DNA of 64,000 nt from an uncultured bacterium (GTDB taxonomy: Bacteria; Krumholzibacteriota; Krumholzibacteriia; JACNKJ01), in the NCBI GenBank assembly GCA_963695095.1, contig CAVOFT010000001.1:2432001-2496000 (forward strand), given 5' to 3'. Numbering within the stretch: position 1 is the first letter of the stretch; each line of letters begins with the position of its first letter. A program made the translations under genes and the position numbers. This document shows positions 58,592 to 64,000 of this stretch, in pieces. The notes under the pieces were generated by a model. The model worked only from the letters and a program-made list of their open reading frames with translations, had not been told where the DNA came from and made no database searches.

Positions 58592-59101
58592 TCAATCGGC
58601 GGCGCGGAGTTGGGCGCGCAGGTCCTTCAGGGCGCGCCGCTGCGCGTGCCAGGCGAGAGCGGGTGGCGACGCCAGGGGATACCAGCCGATGGCGTCGGCA
58701 TCGTCGCCGGGACGCGCCTCGCCCCCGGCCCAATCGGCGCGATAGACCACGAGCAGCGCGTTGTGTCGCGGGTCGTCGAAGGCGGAATAGACGCCGACCA
58801 GGGGGCCGAGCGCCGCGGCGAGGCCCGTCTCCTCCGCCAGCTCCCGGAGGGCGCAGGCGCCGATGTCCTCATCCCACTCCTGGAAGCCGCTGGGCAGAGA
58901 CCACAGGCCCTGCTTGGGCGGGTGGGCGCGGCGCACCCAGAGCAGCTCGGGCCCGGGATCGCGCAAGAGCATCACCGCCGCTGCCGGCACCGGGTTCTTC
59001 CAGTCGACGAAGCCGCAGGCGCAGGCGCCCCGCGGGCGGCCGCCGAGTTCGCGGCTCGCCAGCGGCGTGCCGCAGCGCGGGCAGAAGCGCCAGCCGCTCA
59101 C
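58592..59101 (-). CDS. NUDIX hydrolase with N-terminal Zn ribbon
   Basis: FCPRCG...CACG..DWKNP; Nudix box SGFQEWDE....ALRELAEETG. Confidence 0.9.
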   Translation of the reverse strand: MSGWRFCPRCGTPLASRELGGRPRGACACGFVDWKNPVPAAAVMLLRDPGPELLWVRRAHPPKQGLWSLPSGFQEWDEDIGACALRELAEETGLAAALGPLVGVYSAFDDPRHNALLVVYRADWAGGEARPGDDADAIGWYPLASPPALAWHAQRRALKDLRAQLRAAD

Positions 59102-59706
59102 GATGCGCGCTGCGCGGCCGGCGTCTCGCGCCGGCGATAGACGCCGCGCTCCCGTTCGAGGCGCTTGCCCATCACCAGCTCACGGCGCCAGAAGCAGTAG
59201 TCGGGGTGATAGCGGGCGAGCAGGGCATTGACCTCGAGCTCGGGATAGTCACGCCCCGCGGCGAAGTGCTCCGCCAGCCAGTCGAGGATGACCTCGCGCT
59301 TCTTGCGCTGGGCGGGGATGGCGACGAGTCGACCTTGCTTGAGAAAGGTGTCGAGCACCTTGCGCGCGAAGAGGTCTTCCGGAAAGACGCCCGCGCCGGC
59401 CCGCAGATTGTCCAGGCGCAGCACCTCGCGCGCGGCTTCGCGCAGGCGCTTTTCCTCCAGGCAGTAGAGCCGATATTGCTGGTCCGTTTTCACGCTGAGC
59501 AGGCCGGCCTGGCGCAGGATGCGCAGGTGGTGGCTGACCGTGGCGGGGCCGAGGCCGAGCGCCGCGGCGATCTCCTCCACGACCGCCGGCCGGCCGGCCA
59601 GCAGGCCGACGATGCGCAGGCGCTGGACATGGGCCAGCGCCTTGAAGAAGTCGATGCTCCGCTCCAGGGTGGGACTGAGCGGGTCGCCGGGGGCCGCCGT
59701 CGCCAT
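59098..59706 (-). CDS. ArsR/SmtB transcription factor fused to DUF2087-like domain
   Basis: FKALAHVQRLRI, ATVSHHL; C-terminal IPAQRKKR...E.EVN..L....DY...RRELV. Confidence 0.88.
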   Translation of the reverse strand: MATAAPGDPLSPTLERSIDFFKALAHVQRLRIVGLLAGRPAVVEEIAAALGLGPATVSHHLRILRQAGLLSVKTDQQYRLYCLEEKRLREAAREVLRLDNLRAGAGVFPEDLFARKVLDTFLKQGRLVAIPAQRKKREVILDWLAEHFAAGRDYPELEVNALLARYHPDYCFWRRELVMGKRLERERGVYRRRETPAAQRAS

Positions 59707-59723
59707 GGTCTACCTCCATGTTC

Positions 59724-59767
59724 ATTTCGATGTTTCTTAGAATAACACCCGGCGGCCGCATCGGCAA
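59724..59767 (-). promoter_or_regulatory. ArsR promoter with overlapping candidate operator
   Basis: TTGCCG-17 nt-TATTCT (TGn); an AT-rich imperfect palindrome ATTTCGATGTTTCTTAGAAT covers -10/+1. Confidence 0.55.
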
Positions 59768-59911
59768 GCGGAGGCTGCGCGGCCGCCCGCATGCTCCGCG
59801 TCTCGGCGGCGGCGCCCCGAGCTTTGGAATTGCGCCACTGGGCCAGGGCCTCCATTATTCAGCGGCCGCCCCCGGGCGGCTTATCTCTGCACTCTGTTCG
59901 AAAGGCAAGCG

Positions 59912-62449
59912 ATGCGGCGCGCGATCGTCCTGCTCTCCCTGCTCGGCTGCCTGCCGACCCCGGCAGCGGCCCAAGTCCCCGATCATGCCCTGGCCGGCAA
60001 CGCCATCCTGCTGCCGCCCCTCGCCGTGGCCGGCGACGCGGGCCTGCTCGGCCTGTATCACAACCCGGCGGCCCTCGCCCTGCAGCCCGGCGAGCTGAGC
60101 GCCTTCTACCTCCAGGGCCTGCGCGGAGGCACCGACCTGCCGGCCCTCGAGCCCGCCTTCACGCGCCGCTTCACGGGCGACTGGAGCGCCGCCCTCGGCG
60201 GCCGCGTCGCCGTCGGCATCGATCATCGGGCGCTGCCCGCCGGCTATGACTACGCGCCCCCGGAGGCGCCGAGCGTTCGCCTGGGCCGCAGCAATCGCTA
60301 CAATCTCGGCCTCGCCCAGCGCTTCGACTTTCCGGCGCTCGAGCTCCAGCTCGCCCTGGGCGGCGCCTATCGCTGGACGCGGAGCAGCGCCTACGCCCTC
60401 GACGGCCTCTCGACCTGGGATCTGGGCGCCGTCCTGCGCTGGGGACGCTGGGCTTCCTTCGGCCTCGTCGGCCAGAACCTGGGCCGGCCGACCCTGCGCG
60501 GGCTCGCGCCCGGCGAGTTGCCCAGCCTCGCGCCGAGCTACGTCTTCGGCCTCGCCCTGCGGCCCAGGCGGCACTGGGCCACCTTCAGCCTCGATCTCAC
60601 GCAGCGGGAGATCGAGGACAAGTGGGAGTACGAGACGCGCAGCGGCATCGCCCTGGACTTCAGCGGCCGCGTGCGCCTGCGCTTCGACTGGACGAATGCC
60701 GGCCGCTTCGGGCTCGGCGTCTTCATCGCCGGCGGACAGGCGCAGGCCGGGCTCGCGCTCGGCAATCGGCTGACGGAGAGCGAGGGCACGACGCGCGGCG
60801 CCCTCTGCCTCGGCCTGCACAGTCGCCGGCTCACGCGGCCCCTGCTGCCGCGGCGGCACTTCCTCGAGCTCGCGCTGGCCGATCGCATCGCCACGCGCGA
60901 GAGTGCCGGCGGGCAGGACGGGCCGAGCCTCGTCGCCCTCGTCGAGCGCGCCCGCCGCGAGCGCGACATCGCGGGCATCCTACTGCGCCTGGAGCAGCCG
61001 CGCCTGGGCCTGGCCCAGCGCGAGGAGCTGCGCCGCGCCCTGCTCGAATACCGCCGCGTGACCGGACGGCCGGTGGTGGCCTTCGCGCAGATCTACAGCG
61101 AAGAGGACTTCTACCTGGCCAGCGCCGCGAGCCAGCTGCTGATCAGCCCCGACGGGCTCCTGCACTTCTCCGGACCCCAGGCGCGCGCGCTCGATCCCGG
61201 CGGCGCCCTGGCGCGCCTGGGCCTGGCCGCGGACCTGATCGTCGAGGGCGACGCCAACAGCGCGCCGGCCCTGCTCAGCGGCAGGCGGCCGGGTCCGGCG
61301 GCGCTGGCCGCCGACAGCAGCCTGGCGATGGCGCGCTACCTCACGCTCTGCCGGGGCGTGGCCGAGGGCCGGAACCTGCCGCTCAACGAGATGCCCGCCC
61401 TGCTCGGGCGCGGGCTGATCGTGCCCGAGGCCGCCCTCAACCTCAAGCTCGTCGATGCGATCGTCGCCTCCGGCGCCCTGCGCGAGTGGCTGGCCGCAGA
61501 GCAGGGCCAGGGTCGCCTGCTCACGGCGCCGGCCCTGGCCGCCCGGCGCCCGACCCGCGTCGCCTGGGGAAGCGACCCGGCCATCGCCATTCTCCACCTC
61601 GACGGCCTGCTCGTGGACGGCGACAGCGGCCTGGGCATCCTGGGCCCGCAGACCGGCGTCGGCGACCTGGTGGCGGCCCTCGAAGAGGTGCGCCGCGAGC
61701 CGCGCCTGCGCGGCGCGCTGCTGCGGGTGGACAGCGGCGGCGGCAGCCTGCTGGCGGCCGAGCGCCTGCGCGAGGCGATCATCCGCACGCGCGCCAAGAA
61801 GCCGGTGGTCGTCAGCATCGGCGAGGCGGGAGCCGGCGCCGCCTATCTGGCCGGCGTCGAAGCCGACCGCCTCCTCGCCAATCGCTGCAGCGTCACCGGC
61901 GGCATCGGCGTCTGGGGCGGCAAGCTGCACTTCGGCGGCCTCGTCGAGCGACTGGGCGTCGGCCTCAGGCCACTGGTGGGCGACAGCCGCGCGGTCGACC
62001 TGGCCGCCGGCGCCGAGCCCTACGGGGCGGAGGCCCGCACGCAGCTGCAGACCGAACTCGCTCGCCGCTATCGCGGCTTTCTCGGGGTCGTCGCCGCCCG
62101 CCGCCACATCAGCCTGCCCGAGGTGGATCTGCTCGGCCGCGGCCGCGGCCTGGACGGCAACGAGGCTCTGCAGAACGGCCTCATCGACGAGATCGGCGGC
62201 CAGGTGGAAGCCATCGCCGCCCTGCGCCGCCTGACCGGCCTGCCGCCCCGCGAGTCCATCGAACTCATCGAGCTGCCCCGCCCGGCCCGGCGGCTGCCCT
62301 GGTCCCGCCCGGCCGGCGCCGGCCTGCTGCCGGCCGCGGGCGAGACGCTGCCGGACTGGCTGGCCCGCCTGGAGCCCTTCGGAGCCCCGGCCCTGCTCGC
62401 GCTCGATCCGGTGGCCCTCGCCGGCCTGGCGGCGGCGCCGCTGTGGTGA
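59912..62449 (+). CDS. Secreted fusion of a predicted beta-barrel domain and a two-domain SppA (S49) module with degenerate catalytic residues
   Basis: Signal peptide; YHNPAALA then amphipathic strands; S49 motifs FYLASAA, LRVDSGGGS, KPVVVSIG, TGGIGV, GLIDEIGG. Confidence 0.8.
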   Translation: MRRAIVLLSLLGCLPTPAAAQVPDHALAGNAILLPPLAVAGDAGLLGLYHNPAALALQPGELSAFYLQGLRGGTDLPALEPAFTRRFTGDWSAALGGRVAVGIDHRALPAGYDYAPPEAPSVRLGRSNRYNLGLAQRFDFPALELQLALGGAYRWTRSSAYALDGLSTWDLGAVLRWGRWASFGLVGQNLGRPTLRGLAPGELPSLAPSYVFGLALRPRRHWATFSLDLTQREIEDKWEYETRSGIALDFSGRVRLRFDWTNAGRFGLGVFIAGGQAQAGLALGNRLTESEGTTRGALCLGLHSRRLTRPLLPRRHFLELALADRIATRESAGGQDGPSLVALVERARRERDIAGILLRLEQPRLGLAQREELRRALLEYRRVTGRPVVAFAQIYSEEDFYLASAASQLLISPDGLLHFSGPQARALDPGGALARLGLAADLIVEGDANSAPALLSGRRPGPAALAADSSLAMARYLTLCRGVAEGRNLPLNEMPALLGRGLIVPEAALNLKLVDAIVASGALREWLAAEQGQGRLLTAPALAARRPTRVAWGSDPAIAILHLDGLLVDGDSGLGILGPQTGVGDLVAALEEVRREPRLRGALLRVDSGGGSLLAAERLREAIIRTRAKKPVVVSIGEAGAGAAYLAGVEADRLLANRCSVTGGIGVWGGKLHFGGLVERLGVGLRPLVGDSRAVDLAAGAEPYGAEARTQLQTELARRYRGFLGVVAARRHISLPEVDLLGRGRGLDGNEALQNGLIDEIGGQVEAIAALRRLTGLPPRESIELIELPRPARRLPWSRPAGAGLLPAAGETLPDWLARLEPFGAPALLALDPVALAGLAAAPLW

Positions 62450-63377
62450 GCTGGCGCCGCGCGCAGCTACGGCTCTCGCCGAGCCTGGCCGCCTTCCTCG
62501 AGGAGCGGCTGATCCTGGACGGCTGGGACCGCGTGGCCAGCGAGCGCCGCCCGGGCGAGCAAGTGCTCACGCTCTCGGTCTACGCCGAACTCGAGGCCGC
62601 CCTGCCCGGCGCCGCCTGAGCTCGCGCGCTGGCTGGCGGAGGCGCGGGCAGCGGGCCTCGCCCCGCCGCCCGCGCTCGCCTGGGCCGAGGATGTCGTCGT
62701 GGAGGAGGACTGGGACGCGGGCTTCCGCGCCCACTTCGCCGGACGCCTGCTGGCGCCGGGCATCGCCATCCTGCCCAGCTGGGAACGCCAGGGGGCCGGA
62801 CCGCTGGCGGCGCTGCCGGGTCCCGGATCGGCCATCGCCATCGTGCTCGAGCCCGGCCAGGCCTTCGGGACGGGCGAGCACCCCACCACCGCGCTCTGCC
62901 TGGAGGCGCTGCAGGCGCTGGCTGGCGGCGCGCGGCAGCGAGTCGCCGCGCTGCCTGGACATCGGCAGCGGCACGGGCGTGCTGTCCATCGCCGCGCGGC
63001 TCTGGGGGGCGGGCCTCGTGCGCGGTTACGACATCGAGCCGGCGGCCGTCGTCAACGCCTACCTCAACGCCGAGCTGAACGGGCTCGCCGGGCAGCTCGA
63101 TTTCGTCTGGGGCGAGCCGACCCAGCTCGAGCCACAGGCCTGGGACCTCCTGCTCTGCAACCTCTTCCTCGGTCCCATCCAGCGCCTGCTCCCGCGGCTG
63201 GATGCCGCCCTCGCCCCCGGCGCGGGGGCCATTCTCTCGGGCTTCCTCGTCAAGCAGGCCGAGCGCATCCGCGAGGCGGCCGGCGCCCGCGGCTGGCTGC
63301 TGAGCGCGGAGCGCAGTCGGGACGACTGGGTGGCGCAGGTCTGGACCAAGCCCGGGGGCGCGGCCGCCTCGGCCTGA
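62446..63377 (+). CDS. prmA: Ribosomal protein L11 methyltransferase (two +1 frameshifts near 62616 and 62914)
   Basis: GTGA overlap start. EEDW...PGQAFGTGEHPTT, then LDIGSGTGVLSIAA, DIEPAAV, ILSGF in successive frames. Confidence 0.87.
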
Positions 63378-63403
63378 GCGATGCGCTGTCTGCAATGGAG
63401 GAC

Positions 63404-63658
63404 GCTCTGTGCTCTCAGCGGGGCAGTGCCCGTGGGCCATGACTGGGGACGACCTGTGAAGCGGTCGCGTCAAACCCATACTCACATCAACAATTTGGAC
63501 GGAATCCTCCGCGGGGCCGGCAGTTGGCATCCGACTTGATAGAGCCGGGGCAGCAGGGGTAATCCGGGAAAGTGGCCTTCGATCGCTTGGGGCTACTTTC
63601 CCCTTTTTTTTGCCCTCCGGGCGCCAACCCACGGGCATTGACCGCCGGGGAGCAGAGC
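63404..63658 (+). ncRNA. Candidate structured non-coding RNA / leader (family unassigned)
   Basis: The ends pair over about 27 bp (63405-63436 with 63628-63657); internal stems are present; no credible ORF. Confidence 0.4.
63566..63611 (+). terminator. Intrinsic terminator-like hairpin
   Basis: GGGAAAGTGGCC...GGCTACTTTCCC followed by C and T8. Confidence 0.7.
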
Positions 63659-63717
63659 CTTAAGTTCCTCGCGGCGGTCGCGCTGCGGCCGCTCCCGCCC
63701 CCCGCCGAGGAGCCCGC

Positions 63718-64000
63718 ATGCCGCGCCCAGGCCCATTCGCCCTAGCGCTCCTGTTCCTGTGCGCCTCCATCGTCGCCGCGCAAGCGGCCCTCACTCCCCC
63801 CGCCGGTCTGCGCGTGGTCACCGTCCTCGTGCAGGGGCTCGACCGGATTTCGCGCGCGCAATTGCTCGCCGATCTCGAGCTCGCCGAGGGCGGACCCTAC
63901 GCAGCCGGACTCGAGCGCCGTCTCGAGGCCCGCGGGCGGACGCTGCCCTACCTGCGCAGCCTGCGCGTCGAGAGCCGGACAGGCAGCCAGGGCATGCATC
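63718..64000 (+). CDS. Secreted protein with N-terminal POTRA-like domain (Omp85/BamA-like?), partial
   Basis: RBS GAGGAG, signal peptide MPRPGPFALALLFLCASIVAAQA, then VVTVLVQGLDRISRAQLLADLELAEGGPY; open to the window end. Confidence 0.55.
   Translation, partial: MPRPGPFALALLFLCASIVAAQAALTPPAGLRVVTVLVQGLDRISRAQLLADLELAEGGPYAAGLERRLEARGRTLPYLRSLRVESRTGSQGMH

Noticed and set aside
63400..63440. TPP riboswitch on the minus strand (GCTGAGA seen)
   Set aside because: The downstream ACCTGA...AATGCCAGCGTAGG core is absent and it would face into prmA antisense.

Overview
This is a very GC-rich (roughly 70% by eye) window of mostly core housekeeping DNA from a diderm bacterium. The SprA-like barrel, long LptF and the gene order suggest an FCB-group candidate lineage rather than Bacteroidota; that placement is inference. 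In order, the window holds: nusA (partial)-rimP; a ~2140-aa SprA/Sov-like outer-membrane translocon divergent from lptF-lptG; a long minus-strand run (rng, rplU, rpmA, kdsB, pyrG, kdsA/C/D, lptC-lptB, rpoN, hpf, hprK, EIIA/EIIB-Man, GH57, HPr, EI, PGI/PMI, nucleotidyltransferase, metK, ahcY, fluC); an Asp-repeat lipoprotein; an OmpR-type regulator; proline dehydrogenase; truD/trmB; dNK, pcnB, mpg; purL-purQ-tandem purS-purF; sppA; an OMP; purB, htrA, tal, truA, ecfT-like, GT4, tldE/tldD, NUDIX, ArsR-DUF2087; a beta-barrel/SppA fusion; prmA; and the start of a POTRA-like gene. I saw no mobile elements, CRISPR, tRNA or rRNA. Six +1 frameshifts look like sequencing errors. Best leads: (1) a minimal pyrG leader in which a pyrC-like T6-C7-C8-G9 start region sits on the 5' arm of an intrinsic terminator (candidate CTP-sensing attenuator); (2) a PorV/FadL-like barrel fused to an SppA that appears to have lost both catalytic residues; (3) a ~255-nt end-paired structured RNA candidate after prmA; (4) a transporter-less Man-type PTS with a GH57 enzyme where EIIC/EIID usually sit; (5) a single-chain tandem PurS.
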